Shown here: in pieces, positions 19,007 through 37,201 of the stretch | How the letters are laid out: each line of letters opens with the position of its first letter | Numbering within the stretch: position 1 is the stretch's first letter | Source of the DNA: an uncultured Chthoniobacter sp. | GTDB lineage: Bacteria > Verrucomicrobiota > Verrucomicrobiia > Chthoniobacterales > JACTMZ01 | Reading direction: 5' to 3' | Length of the DNA stretch: 64,000 nucleotides | Assembly: GCA_964609925.1 (NCBI GenBank) | Contig: CAZSUJ010000002.1 | Location: forward strand, 8,251 to 72,250 | Notes under the pieces: model-generated | The model's database searches: none | What the model saw: the letters and a program-made list of their open reading frames with translations, nothing else | What the model was told of the DNA's origin: nothing | Position numbers and translations under genes: made by a program

Positions 19007-20185
19007 TCAGGCCGCGTTGCTCTTCGAACCCGCCGCCTCGGTCTCGGACACATGCCGGCCGGCTGCCTCGATGATGCGGAACGTCTCGAGGTAGGCGGCG
19101 GCGATCTGCTCGTCGCCGGCCCGGCCTTCCTCGACCGATGTGATTTCGGGGTGACTCTCCCGGAGTTTCTCGTTCGACAGGACCGAGGCACGGAACTCGG
19201 CCACGGCATCGTCGAAGCGTCCTTCCTGCATGAACACCTCGGCCAAGGTCCGGTGGACGAGGCCGAGATTGCGGTCGCCCTTGGCGAGGAGGATGAGCAA
19301 CTTGCGCGCCTCGGGCAGGCGGGATTGAGCCATGTGGACACGAGCCGTCTCGACCTTGGCGAGGACGTTCTCCGGATCGATCGCGGAAACCTTCTCGAAC
19401 TCGCGCAGCGCCCCCTCGTGGTCGCCAGATTCCAACAGGGTTCGGCCGAGAAGGTAAGGGATCTGAGCGTTGTCGGGCTTGATCACCGCGGCCTGCTTGA
19501 AGAATTCCACCGCCCGGGTCCCCTGCCCGTGCTCGGCGAGAATGCGCGCGAGTTGCAAGCGCGCCTGCCAGGACTCCTCGTCGCGTTCGACCAACGACTC
19601 GAGGCCGCGGATCGCGTCCTCAGTCCTGCCCTGCTGCCGGTAAACCGCGGCGAGGGCCAGACGCGCGTCTTCGGACTGCGGGTTGTGCTTGAGCGCATCC
19701 TGAAGGGTGGCTGCCGCCTCGTCGAAACGCTCCTGCTTGGTCAGGACACGGGAGGCACCCAAGTAAGCCTGGATCATGCCCGGATTGAGCGCGATGGCGT
19801 CCTTCATCTTGGCCAGGGCCTTGTCGAGATCGCCCATCTTGAGGTAGGCGCTGCCGGCCATGAGCAGGGCCAGGGGCATGTCCTTCTTGAGGTGGAGAGC
19901 GCCGTCGTAATACTCGAGCGCCTCCTCGTATTCGCCCTTGCCGGCATAGACGTTGCCCATGAACACATAGGCGGGGGCGAAGTCGGGGTTCTTCTCGAGA
20001 ATGAGTTCGAGCGAATGCTTGGCTTGGTCGAGTTGCTTGGCCTGGATGAGCTGGCGGACGGTGTCCATGGCCGCCTTGAGTTCACCGCCGGGCGCGCCGC
20101 CACGCTGGGCCGGAGCGGGCGGGGTTGCGGCTCGTGCGGCGGACGGCTCCGCGGGGGATTCAACGGGCTTGGCCTGCCATTTCAT
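19007..20185 (-). CDS. TPR-repeat protein (cytoplasmic, no signal peptide)
   Basis: About 9 tandem TPR units (e.g. AYVFMGNVYAGKGEYEEALEYYDGALHL). Start placed at MKWQAKP (cat 20183-20185), preceded by AGGAG. The longer 511-aa ORF overlaps the upstream gene. Confidence 0.8.
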   Translation of the reverse strand: MKWQAKPVESPAEPSAARAATPPAPAQRGGAPGGELKAAMDTVRQLIQAKQLDQAKHSLELILEKNPDFAPAYVFMGNVYAGKGEYEEALEYYDGALHLKKDMPLALLMAGSAYLKMGDLDKALAKMKDAIALNPGMIQAYLGASRVLTKQERFDEAAATLQDALKHNPQSEDARLALAAVYRQQGRTEDAIRGLESLVERDEESWQARLQLARILAEHGQGTRAVEFFKQAAVIKPDNAQIPYLLGRTLLESGDHEGALREFEKVSAIDPENVLAKVETARVHMAQSRLPEARKLLILLAKGDRNLGLVHRTLAEVFMQEGRFDDAVAEFRASVLSNEKLRESHPEITSVEEGRAGDEQIAAAYLETFRIIEAAGRHVSETEAAGSKSNAA

Positions 20186-20321
20186 GACGTGATCATCTCC
20201 TGTGACCGACAGATTCGGTGGCTCCCTGAAGAATAGGGGCCGGTTTGGGGCAATATGAACATCAACACCTCTGAACGCCGGATGGCAGACGATTTCACAG
20301 CCCCTGACGGTCCGCAAGAGT

Positions 20322-21602
20322 TTATCTGCCTTCGGGTTTCTGCTTCTGCGCCCGCTGGCGGGCCTGCTCACGGCCGGCCCGCTGCACGCGCCAGATCGAG
20401 TAGCCCGCGTAGGCGCAGATGGCGAGCCAGAGGGCGACTCCGGCCCCGTCGAAGTTCTTCTCCAAGCGGTCGAACGCATCGAGCGCGATGTATCCGAACG
20501 CCAGGTAGAGGAAGATGATCGAGAGCATCCCGTAGATCGCAAGCCGCCGGAACCGCTTCCCGTGGCGCTGAAGGACCGGGGGCTTGCGACGGAACGAGTC
20601 CCAGAACATGCGCTGCGCTCGAGTCCTCAACTCCGGGACATCAAGCAGCGCGGAGAAGAACGCCGCGCCATCGGTGCGCCAGAGCGGGTTGGCCGAGAAG
20701 ATGAGCCCGATGAGCGAGATGCCGGCGATCGTGGCGCCGAGCAGCGAGAGGTTCGACCCGGGACGGGCCAGCCGCCAGACCAGAACCCCGAAGCCGAAAG
20801 CGGCCATGCGGCAGAGCGGAGTCATCGCACTCAACCAAAGCCTCGTCTTGCGGGGAATCGGACCATCCGGCACGACCTGCATGTTGAACCGCGGGATAAG
20901 GCCCAACTCCATGAAGATGCCGAAGCTCGGCACATTCAACCCCGCCTGCCTTGCGTAGAGCCCGCGGACGAACTGCGCGAAGATGTTGACGGTGATGGTC
21001 GTGAGCAGGAGCTTTCCGATGAATCCGTATTGCCTGGTCGAGAGTTCGACCGAGTCCATGTAGGCGCTGTAGTGACGGATCATGACTGTCACGCCGAGCA
21101 CGACGAGGACCGGGACAGAGAGAACAAAGAGCGGGCGGAAGATGCTGAGAATGTCGGCGAAAAAATCGAGCATCGGCCGCGGGTCGCCGAGATGCAGACG
21201 GTTCGGCGTGGCCAGGTATTCCGGGTCGGCGGCGGCCGCATCGGGTGTGTCACCTGCAGCGGCGGCACCGTCTTCGAGCATCGCCTCGATCTCCCCGCCC
21301 GCCTCGTCCGGTGCCCGCAGCAGGTTCCATCCCGCGAGCATCCGGCGGAAGTCATCCACATCCGCCGCAGTGCAGGCATCTCCGAAATGGGCGGTGAACC
21401 TCGCCGCGATGTCCTCCGAGGAATGCGGATGCTTGAACTGCCGGAGCAGGAAGTGCTCCCGCGGGCCGAACTCGTAGCTCCCGCCGAGCACGGGATCCTC
21501 CACAACGCAGCCCGGCGGGTCGGAGGTCGTGCGGACCTGCAGGTCGTCCCGCAGCACCTGCCCCTCGGGCATGGTCTCACGGCCGTCCGTGGTTGTTTTC
21601 AT
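20322..21602 (-). CDS. PqqD/RRE-like N-terminal domain + M50/S2P-like polytopic protein lacking HExxH (pseudoprotease candidate)
   Basis: N-terminal GCVVEDPVLGGSYEFGPREHFLLRQF...AADVDDFRRMLAGWNLL aligns with GCTVRDPASGKSYDFGAVEAFLIKGL...AADIDSFVRMIADWGLL of 15502..17712. TM region retains NPLWRTDG (M50-type N..P....DG motif). AQFVRG sits where HExxH is expected. Confidence 0.7.
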   Translation of the reverse strand: MKTTTDGRETMPEGQVLRDDLQVRTTSDPPGCVVEDPVLGGSYEFGPREHFLLRQFKHPHSSEDIAARFTAHFGDACTAADVDDFRRMLAGWNLLRAPDEAGGEIEAMLEDGAAAAGDTPDAAAADPEYLATPNRLHLGDPRPMLDFFADILSIFRPLFVLSVPVLVVLGVTVMIRHYSAYMDSVELSTRQYGFIGKLLLTTITVNIFAQFVRGLYARQAGLNVPSFGIFMELGLIPRFNMQVVPDGPIPRKTRLWLSAMTPLCRMAAFGFGVLVWRLARPGSNLSLLGATIAGISLIGLIFSANPLWRTDGAAFFSALLDVPELRTRAQRMFWDSFRRKPPVLQRHGKRFRRLAIYGMLSIIFLYLAFGYIALDAFDRLEKNFDGAGVALWLAICAYAGYSIWRVQRAGREQARQRAQKQKPEGR

Positions 21603-21665
21603 CCAGAGGAGGAAACCGGGAGCAGGTCGGTCATGGCTCCACCACGCAGCACGCGCACGGCGGGA

Positions 21666-22649
21666 TCAACTCCCCCCACCCGGCAGAACGTCGGCATAGA
21701 ATTCCATGGCCGACTGGCGACTGCCTTCAAGAGTGCCCAACGGATCGTGGGCGACACCCGCGACCTCGATGTATTCGTGCGGAATACCCAACGACTGGAG
21801 GTGACGGTGGAAAGCCTCGTTGTTCTTCTTTGAACGGTCCTCCTCGCCGATGATGATGCGGATGCGCTGGTCGCGCCCCTTGGCGGCAGAGGCAAGACTC
21901 CACGGGGACTGGCTGCGGAAGTAGCTCATGTCGCCGCCGTAGACCCGCTCGAACAAGACTTGGCGCATGGGGAGCGGCTGCAGGTCGGGGTCGTCCTCGA
22001 GGAAATTCTGCTGCAGGGGCCCCGCGCCCATCATCGAGAACGCACCGAAGAGTTGCGGATACTTCAAGCCGAGTCGCCCGGCTCCGTAGCCACCCATGCT
22101 GAATCCCTCGATGATGCGCCCATCGCGCATCGGCTGGGTGCGGTAGGTTCGGTCGATGTGCGGAATGAGATCACGGACCAGCATGGATTCCACCGGGGCC
22201 GTGCCGTCGCGCGAATCCACCCACATGCCCGCGGGCAGGCCGTTCGGGAAGACCACGATGGCCGGGGGCATGTCGCCGGATTGCATGGCCTCGGCGAAAT
22301 ACCGTGCGAGGAAAGGGACCCCCTTGGTGCCCGAGCCGAGACCGTGCAGCCAGTAGATGACCGGGTAACGGCGGTCGCGCTGCTTGTCGTAGCCCGGCGG
22401 CAGATAGATGTGGTAGCTGACGTCGCCCCCGACGGCAGCGCTGCGGAATTTCTTGAAGCGGACGCCCGCGGCCTCGACCGGCTCGGTGACCCAGACAGGT
22501 TCGCCCTCGGAAAGCACGCCGCCCGCACCGCCTGTGCCGCGGGGCGTGGTGAAAGCGACAGCCGCCGGAGCCTGCAGGGCGAGCAGGGCCGCGAGGAGCA
22601 GCCAGTGGAGGCGGAGGGTGGAGGCAGGGCGCGGGGCGTTGGTCGTCAT
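21666..22649 (-). CDS. secreted esterase-family alpha/beta hydrolase (putative esterase / Fes-IroE-like fold)
   Basis: Signal peptide (LHWLLLAALLALQAPAAVAF), YPVIYWLHGLG, nucleophile elbow GFSMGG. Start codon is 1 nt from the NRPS stop. Confidence 0.75.
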   Translation of the reverse strand: MTTNAPRPASTLRLHWLLLAALLALQAPAAVAFTTPRGTGGAGGVLSEGEPVWVTEPVEAAGVRFKKFRSAAVGGDVSYHIYLPPGYDKQRDRRYPVIYWLHGLGSGTKGVPFLARYFAEAMQSGDMPPAIVVFPNGLPAGMWVDSRDGTAPVESMLVRDLIPHIDRTYRTQPMRDGRIIEGFSMGGYGAGRLGLKYPQLFGAFSMMGAGPLQQNFLEDDPDLQPLPMRQVLFERVYGGDMSYFRSQSPWSLASAAKGRDQRIRIIIGEEDRSKKNNEAFHRHLQSLGIPHEYIEVAGVAHDPLGTLEGSRQSAMEFYADVLPGGGS

Positions 22650-22650
22650 T

Positions 22651-32286
<9,636 letters not shown>

Positions 32287-32322
32287 AACTTGGCGGGGCT
32301 GCCGGGGCGCGCCCCGGTGACG

Positions 32323-32514
32323 TCAGACGGATTCGCGCACACTGCGGGGACGCATGTCGGTCCAGACCGCCGCGACGTGTTCCAGGCACTTCTCCTTCGT
32401 CCCGCGCGTGCCCTCGGCCTTCCAACCGGAGGGCGGGGTCTTGTCCGCGAACCAGATCGAGTATTGCCCCTCCTCATTGACAACCACTTGGTGTTCGGTG
32501 ACGGCTTCTTGCAT
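32323..32514 (-). CDS. MbtH-like protein
   Basis: 63 aa. VVVNEEGQYSIWFADKTPPSGWK matches the MbtH N-x-E-x-Q-x-S-x-W...P-x-G-W signature. 36 nt upstream of the NRPS. Confidence 0.9.
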   Translation of the reverse strand: MQEAVTEHQVVVNEEGQYSIWFADKTPPSGWKAEGTRGTKEKCLEHVAAVWTDMRPRSVRESV

Positions 32515-32709
32515 GCGGTGATTGGTTGCGGGTCGGCTTCCGCGCCGACCGGCGGTTGGTGCGCTGCGGGCTCACAGCCCCCGGTTTCTGTTGATCTCCC
32601 CCACGGGAAAGTTGTCCCGGACCGACTGGCGCCTCCCTTCGGGCACAGCCAATCCGCGGGCTGTGACCTTTGCCACACGACACTGTGCGAGGCAAGGGCA
32701 AATCCCTCC

Positions 32710-33639
32710 TCACGCCCGTGGCGACGGCAGCCCGAGGAACTCGGAAAGCACGGCCCCCGCGCGCGCGGGGAAGTTGGCCAGCACATCGGCATGGTCCTGA
32801 TGCGCGAGGTGCTCGTGGCGCGCCATCACCTGATGGCTTCGCAACTGCCGGACAAAATCCGCTCCCATCGCCCGGCTGAAGTCGCTGGGGCGTCCGGACT
32901 GCAGGCCCGCCGAGAAGAGCAGGAAGCGCACCTGCTGCATCCAAGGCCCGAGATGCGCGGAAGGTGACACGCCCAACTGCGCTGCCTCGCTCGCACCCAT
33001 GACCTCGAGAGCCGCGTCGAGCCGTTGACCCAATGCCGAAGCCCCCGCCGCCTGCCGCCGCAAGTGGGCGATGGCCTGCGGCACGTCGTAAAAGGGAACG
33101 TCCAACCCGGCGAACGCCGCCACGCAGCCCTCGGGCAGCCGGTGCCGCTCGTGCAGTTCCTTCTTCACCGTGACCAGTGCGCCGAGATGTGCCCCGGACG
33201 AATACCCCACGAGCAGAAACCCGCCCGAGGCGGCGCCGAACTTCCGTCCGTTCACCGTGAGCCACTTGAGCGCCTTGGCGATGTCATCCGTCATCTCCCC
33301 CACCCCCGCATCGTCGCTTCCAAAGAGCCGGAAATTGACGGAGACGAAGACGAACCCGCGCTCGACAAACCACGACGGCACCCGCTCGGCCGCCCCGGTG
33401 AAGCAAGCCTTGTCGCCTCCCCGCCAATTTCCGCCGTGCAGAAAAACCGCGACGGGACGCTTACCCGAGATGACGCTCCGCGAAGCGTAGTAGATATCGA
33501 GCGTGTTGAGCGCCTGGCTGTATCCCTCGGCCTCGCGGTAAGCCAAATCCCTCTCCACCCGCAGCGCCGGAGCAGGCTCCCGACGCGTCGGCAAGACCAG
33601 CCCGGTCGGGCGGGGATCGCGAGGGCGGCCGGGCAACAT
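32710..33639 (-). CDS. alpha/beta hydrolase (esterase/lipase, fold-3-like)
   Basis: VAVFLHGGNWRGG oxyanion-type motif and GYSSGA nucleophile elbow. Confidence 0.75.
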   Translation of the reverse strand: MLPGRPRDPRPTGLVLPTRREPAPALRVERDLAYREAEGYSQALNTLDIYYASRSVISGKRPVAVFLHGGNWRGGDKACFTGAAERVPSWFVERGFVFVSVNFRLFGSDDAGVGEMTDDIAKALKWLTVNGRKFGAASGGFLLVGYSSGAHLGALVTVKKELHERHRLPEGCVAAFAGLDVPFYDVPQAIAHLRRQAAGASALGQRLDAALEVMGASEAAQLGVSPSAHLGPWMQQVRFLLFSAGLQSGRPSDFSRAMGADFVRQLRSHQVMARHEHLAHQDHADVLANFPARAGAVLSEFLGLPSPRA

Positions 33640-33702
33640 CGCGGGAACATGGACGCTCCCGGCCCGATTGACAACCCCAGCGCGAAGTTTGTTCCGCGCT
33701 TG

Positions 33703-34104
33703 CTACCGCGGCTCGATCACCTTCAGACCGTGGAAGTAGTCCCGGTAGTAGCCGCGATCTCGCGCCAGCAAGCGGTCAGCATGGCAAAAGGCATGGGCAC
33801 CAATCAGGAAGTCGGGCAGCACCCGCCGCGCCCCCCCGGATCGCGCGAGATACGCGGCAAACATGGCGCCCGCCAGTTCGGCCGATTCCTGCGAGGAGGC
33901 CACGAACTCGATGTGCCAGTCGGACATGAACTCCCCGAGCAGACCGCCCGGCAAAGCCGGGACCACCTCGGCCAGCACAGATTCCCCGATGACCAAAGCC
34001 CCCGCTTGCATCGCCTCCGACAAAGCCAGACCCGACCGCGTCGCCCAAGCCCTGTCGTCCACGATGACATCGAGCAGAACGCTCGTATCCAGCGCCGTCC
34101 TCAT
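33703..34104 (-). CDS. vapC: PIN-domain toxin (type II TA)
   Basis: 133 aa. N-terminal LDTSVLLD acidic PIN motif. 4-nt overlap with the upstream antitoxin gene. Confidence 0.85.
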   Translation of the reverse strand: MRTALDTSVLLDVIVDDRAWATRSGLALSEAMQAGALVIGESVLAEVVPALPGGLLGEFMSDWHIEFVASSQESAELAGAMFAAYLARSGGARRVLPDFLIGAHAFCHADRLLARDRGYYRDYFHGLKVIEPR

Positions 34105-34331
34105 TCGCCGTCCCGAACCCTCCGGAGGTAACCATCCACATCAGTCCCCGCGCCGGGCAAAGCCCCGCGCCCCCTCCACTTCTCCAGCGGGCTTTGCGCC
34201 AGCACCTTGGTCACCACCAAGCGCCCTCCCTCCTCGCGAAAATCCAGCCGGCTCCCCGTCCTGAGCCCCAAAGCCTCCCGCAGTGCTTTCGGAATCGTCA
34301 CCTGCCCCTTCTCTGACAGAGTCGCTTTCAT
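34101..34331 (-). CDS. vapB: AbrB/SpoVT-family antitoxin
   Basis: 76 aa. KGQVTIPKALREALGL swapped-hairpin AbrB motif. Overlaps vapC (ATGA-type junction). Confidence 0.85.
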   Translation of the reverse strand: MKATLSEKGQVTIPKALREALGLRTGSRLDFREEGGRLVVTKVLAQSPLEKWRGRGALPGAGTDVDGYLRRVRDGE

Positions 34332-35263
34332 ACTTGAATTGTAGCTTTTCTTACAACGAAGTAAAGAAACTCAACTACTCCGAGGGAACCATCGACGGCC
34401 GACGGGATGCCATTCGGGTCTTCCTGCGGTGGTGTGCCCAAAGAACTCTGCTCCGCCCGGCCGAGATCAGCCCATGCACCCTCGAAGCCTATCAAGGCTG
34501 GCTCTGGCAATACACCAAGTCCGATGGCAGCCGACTGAGTTCGAGCACGCAGCGCCAGCGGATCGGAACCCTCAAAGACTGGTTTCGCTGGATGACCAAG
34601 CGCCAGATCATCTCCACCGACCCGGCTTGCGACCTCCGACTTCCCCGGATGGAGACGCGGCTTCCAGCCTCCGCGCTGACCTCTGCCGAGGTTCAGAAAC
34701 TGCTGCGGGTTCCAAAGACAAGAAGCCCGCTTGGCATCCGAGACAGAGCAATCCTGGAGGTCCTCTACGCCAGCGGAGTCCGCCGGGCGGAGGTATGCCG
34801 GCTCGGGCTGACCGACTTAGATTTCGAGCGCCGGACTCTTCGCATCCGCCGCGGCAAAGGCCGCAAGGACCGCGTCGTCCCCATGGGCGAACGGGCCATC
34901 TGGTGGCTTCGCCGTTACCTCGCCGAAGTCCGTCCACGCCTCTGTCTGGATGAGCTTGAGGAGACGGTGTTCCTCGCAGAACGCGGCCACCCCTTCAACC
35001 ACGACGTCCTCTCACACATGGTTACCGCGATGCTGGCGGCCTCCGGATTGGCCAGAAAGGGAAGTTGCCATCTTCTCCGTCACACCTGTGCGACTCACAT
35101 GCTGGAGGGTGGAGCGGACATTCGCTTCATCCAGCAGCTCTTGGGCCACGAGAAGCTGGAAACCACGGCTCTCTACACCCAGGTGACCATCACCCAGCTT
35201 CGAGAAGTTTACGCACGATGCCATCCAGCCGCCCACCTTGCCAAAGGACAGGGTGGCCCGTAG
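34283..35263 (+). CDS. tyrosine recombinase / integrase (XerC/D-like); N-terminus uncertain or truncated
   Basis: Catalytic-domain motifs: ASGVRRAEVCRL (Arg I), RGKGRKDRVVPM, HLLRHTCATHML (H-x-x-R), LLGHEKLETTALYTQV (His...Tyr). The ORF's GTG start overlaps vapB on the opposite strand. An in-frame TTG at 34334 sits just past the vapB start. Confidence 0.85.
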   Translation: MLSESSPAPSLTESLSYLNCSFSYNEVKKLNYSEGTIDGRRDAIRVFLRWCAQRTLLRPAEISPCTLEAYQGWLWQYTKSDGSRLSSSTQRQRIGTLKDWFRWMTKRQIISTDPACDLRLPRMETRLPASALTSAEVQKLLRVPKTRSPLGIRDRAILEVLYASGVRRAEVCRLGLTDLDFERRTLRIRRGKGRKDRVVPMGERAIWWLRRYLAEVRPRLCLDELEETVFLAERGHPFNHDVLSHMVTAMLAASGLARKGSCHLLRHTCATHMLEGGADIRFIQQLLGHEKLETTALYTQVTITQLREVYARCHPAAHLAKGQGGP

Positions 35264-35273
35264 CCTTTAAGCC

Positions 35274-35894
35274 GTGACCAATCCGCGCTCCGGTCGTCCA
35301 CTTCGGCTCAGAACCTCCTCAGCTTCTGGTCGCGGGTCAAGTGCCTCCGGCCGACCTCTGGCGCGGCCTTGCAGGTCGTCCCGTCGGTTGCACATCACAA
35401 GATGGCTATCTCCTGACCCCATCGGGGAGGCTGGTGGGGTCAATTTGTATGCGTATGTGGGAGGAAACTCGATTAACCAGACAGACCCTCGTGGGCTTCA
35501 GCCTGACTCGGTCTCGGCCTCGGCTGTCGGGAATTCAAGTGCTGCTGGGCAGCTTGCTAGAGAGATCCTTCGAGACATGGCAGAGCAGCAGGCTGCTCGC
35601 GCTGCGGCTGCGGCCCAGGCAGCTGCGGCAGCGGCTGCAGCAGAAGAGATCGCAGCAGGAGATACCAGATGCAACTCGCAATCGGAGGCTCAGGACAGAA
35701 AGCCGGCCGATGACAAAAAGCTTGACGACAAGGCTGCTGACAAGGCTGCTCGTGCGCGTGGCTACAAAAACGCAGAGGATGCCAAAGAGCAGAACAATGC
35801 AGTGCCGTCGGGACACTATGATTTATATCAAGGCAAAGACGGCACCATTTACATAAAACGCAAGGGAGGAGCGGGGCCTGGTGAGCCAATTTGA
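35274..35894 (+). CDS. orphan RHS C-terminal cassette 1 (core-end motif + Ala-rich linker + short tip); lacks the RHS core
   Basis: TRWLSPDPIGEAGGVNLYAYVGGNSINQTDPRGL is the RHS core-terminal PxxxxDPxGL junction. The frame opens right after a stop with only a GTG. Upstream 40 codons are Arg/Ser-rich and not RHS-like. Confidence 0.7.
   Translation: MTNPRSGRPLRLRTSSASGRGSSASGRPLARPCRSSRRLHITRWLSPDPIGEAGGVNLYAYVGGNSINQTDPRGLQPDSVSASAVGNSSAAGQLAREILRDMAEQQAARAAAAAQAAAAAAAAEEIAAGDTRCNSQSEAQDRKPADDKKLDDKAADKAARARGYKNAEDAKEQNNAVPSGHYDLYQGKDGTIYIKRKGGAGPGEPI
35398..35419 (+). repeat. 22-nt RHS-junction core, copy 1 (CAAGATGGCTATCTCCTGACCC)
   Basis: Read directly. 21/22 identical to copy 2. Encodes RWLSPDP. 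Confidence 0.85.
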
Positions 35895-35896
35895 TT

Positions 35897-36304
35897 ATGG
35901 AGACTGACACGCAAGGCCGGATTTCTGCTTGCCTTTGGCTTAGCAGCCCAATAGCTCACCCCTCGGTGTTGTCCCGGAAGCTTCAGCAGGAACCTACTGC
36001 ATTCCAGATTAAGGGAGAATTAAAGCCGAACGGCAAGACCCTGTATACAAACTATTCCTGGAAACTTGAATTTGGAACATACTCTGATGGAAAGACAGAG
36101 GATGCGATCGAACATGCGCTCGCATTCGTGCGAGAGCGTCGAGAAGTTATGCGGAGTCTTGCCATCGAGCACGAGTGTTCATCTTACATCTCCATTGTTG
36201 CGTATAAATCGCATTACCATATTGGTCTTGTGCTTAGCGCTGATCACATTCAGGTGCTGAATGAGGCAATGGTAGGCTTTAATGTGAGTATTTACTCTGT
36301 GTGA
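35897..36304 (+). CDS. putative cognate immunity protein 1 (DUF4279-like pattern, recalled not verified)
   Basis: ATG 3 nt after the cassette-1 stop. Lower-GC codons. 135 aa. Layout ISACLWLSS...PT..QIKGE...W.L... resembles DUF4279-type proteins. Confidence 0.55.
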   Translation: METDTQGRISACLWLSSPIAHPSVLSRKLQQEPTAFQIKGELKPNGKTLYTNYSWKLEFGTYSDGKTEDAIEHALAFVRERREVMRSLAIEHECSSYISIVAYKSHYHIGLVLSADHIQVLNEAMVGFNVSIYSV

Positions 36305-37201
36305 ATGAGGCAACTAGATTGCAAGCGGATGGAACATTCTGAGAGCGGGAAAAGGCGTCTTTCCACATCCGTCAACGCCGTCTCAATAGGGCACTGTGCA
36401 ACTCTGAACGGGAGCGTGGCGAGTGGGCGTGTATGTGTGCGGAGTCCAACGGAGGAGGATGCGCAGAATGTCTTCCGGGATGGCGGATGCCGGCGGAGAA
36501 GCCAAACTCGCGAACCAGCCGCCTTGCCAATGACCCAAGCGATCTATAGGCCTGCCTCCATGGCCACGCAGCATCATGGGCGAGGAATGCGGAGCCGCCC
36601 GCGGGCAGTTCATCGACATCGGGCGAGGTTTCAGGTTCGATTGCAGCGCGCTTCCAACCGCGCCCACAGCCCCGAGCTCGCAAGATGGCTATCTCCTGAT
36701 CCCATAGAACGCGTCACGGGGGAGATGCCAGAAACACTTCCAGAAGGGGCGAATCTCTATACTTACACGGCGAATAACCCAGCAAAGTGGTCGGATATTC
36801 TCGGGCTTGAGGTTCCTTCGGCGGACTCGATCAGCGCCAACCCTGGTCTTGCCGCAGCAGCAATGGCAGCCGCAGAGCAGGCGGCTGGAGGAGGTGCCGC
36901 CGCGATCAACGCGACTGCGACCGCGGCAGCGGCGGCGGCTGTTGCAGAGATGGCCGCCGGAGATTCCTCCGCGTCCAAGAACATCTCTGGGAGAATACGG
37001 CGGTGTATTTTGACTGGCTCCAATCCGAATGATGAAGATCCAGATGAGAGGAAAAAGGCTGCGGATGAGTATCGGAAGAAAGCGGAAACAGCCAGAGATC
37101 AAATAGACGCTGAGTTTCGCAGACGTCAAGCCGACTGGTTGGAAGGTAAAGGGGCACATCCCGGAAAGTTGGGTGAGTTCCGCGCAAGCTATGGAAAGTA
37201 G
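36305..37201 (+). CDS. orphan RHS C-terminal cassette 2 (RHS homology only from about 36650 onward)
   Basis: NRAHSPELARWLSPDPI...ANLYTYTANNPAKWSDILGL junction, Ala-rich linker, short charged tip. The 5' about 115 codons have no RHS character, so the real unit is a 5'-truncated fragment. Confidence 0.65.
   Translation: MRQLDCKRMEHSESGKRRLSTSVNAVSIGHCATLNGSVASGRVCVRSPTEEDAQNVFRDGGCRRRSQTREPAALPMTQAIYRPASMATQHHGRGMRSRPRAVHRHRARFQVRLQRASNRAHSPELARWLSPDPIERVTGEMPETLPEGANLYTYTANNPAKWSDILGLEVPSADSISANPGLAAAAMAAAEQAAGGGAAAINATATAAAAAAVAEMAAGDSSASKNISGRIRRCILTGSNPNDEDPDERKKAADEYRKKAETARDQIDAEFRRRQADWLEGKGAHPGKLGEFRASYGK
36681..36702 (+). repeat. 22-nt RHS-junction core, copy 2 (CAAGATGGCTATCTCCTGATCC)
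   Basis: Read directly. Homology to copy 3 extends about 30 nt further upstream (ACCGCGCC[C/T]ACAGCCCCGA[G/C]CTCG). Confidence 0.85.

Noticed and set aside
20182-20262. 26-codon minus-strand ORF (MFILPQTGPYSSGSHRICRSQEMITS) in the gap before the TPR gene. It ends in an ATGA overlap with the TPR start and contains a Tyr, which is tempting as a sulfated precursor peptide.
   Set aside because: Its codons are AT3-rich (TTC ATA TTG ... TAT TCT TCA), against the strong GC3 bias of real genes here. It has no upstream RBS-like element and no acidic context around the Tyr. An ORF of this length is expected by chance. It would only be revived if conserved in homologous loci.
34331-34380. The AT-rich stretch between the vapB start and the recombinase, with the TTGTA...TACAA inverted repeat, as a VapB operator.
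   Set aside because: The arms are only 5 bp and the region overlaps the putative recombinase N-terminus. That is insufficient evidence without comparative or binding data.
36305-36650. The 5' third of ORF 36305..37201 as genuine coding sequence or a separate gene.
   Set aside because: It has no RHS-like or other motifs, and nucleotide homology to the other RHS junctions only begins near 36650. The ATG merely follows the upstream stop (TGAATG). It is probably non-coding spacer read through in frame.
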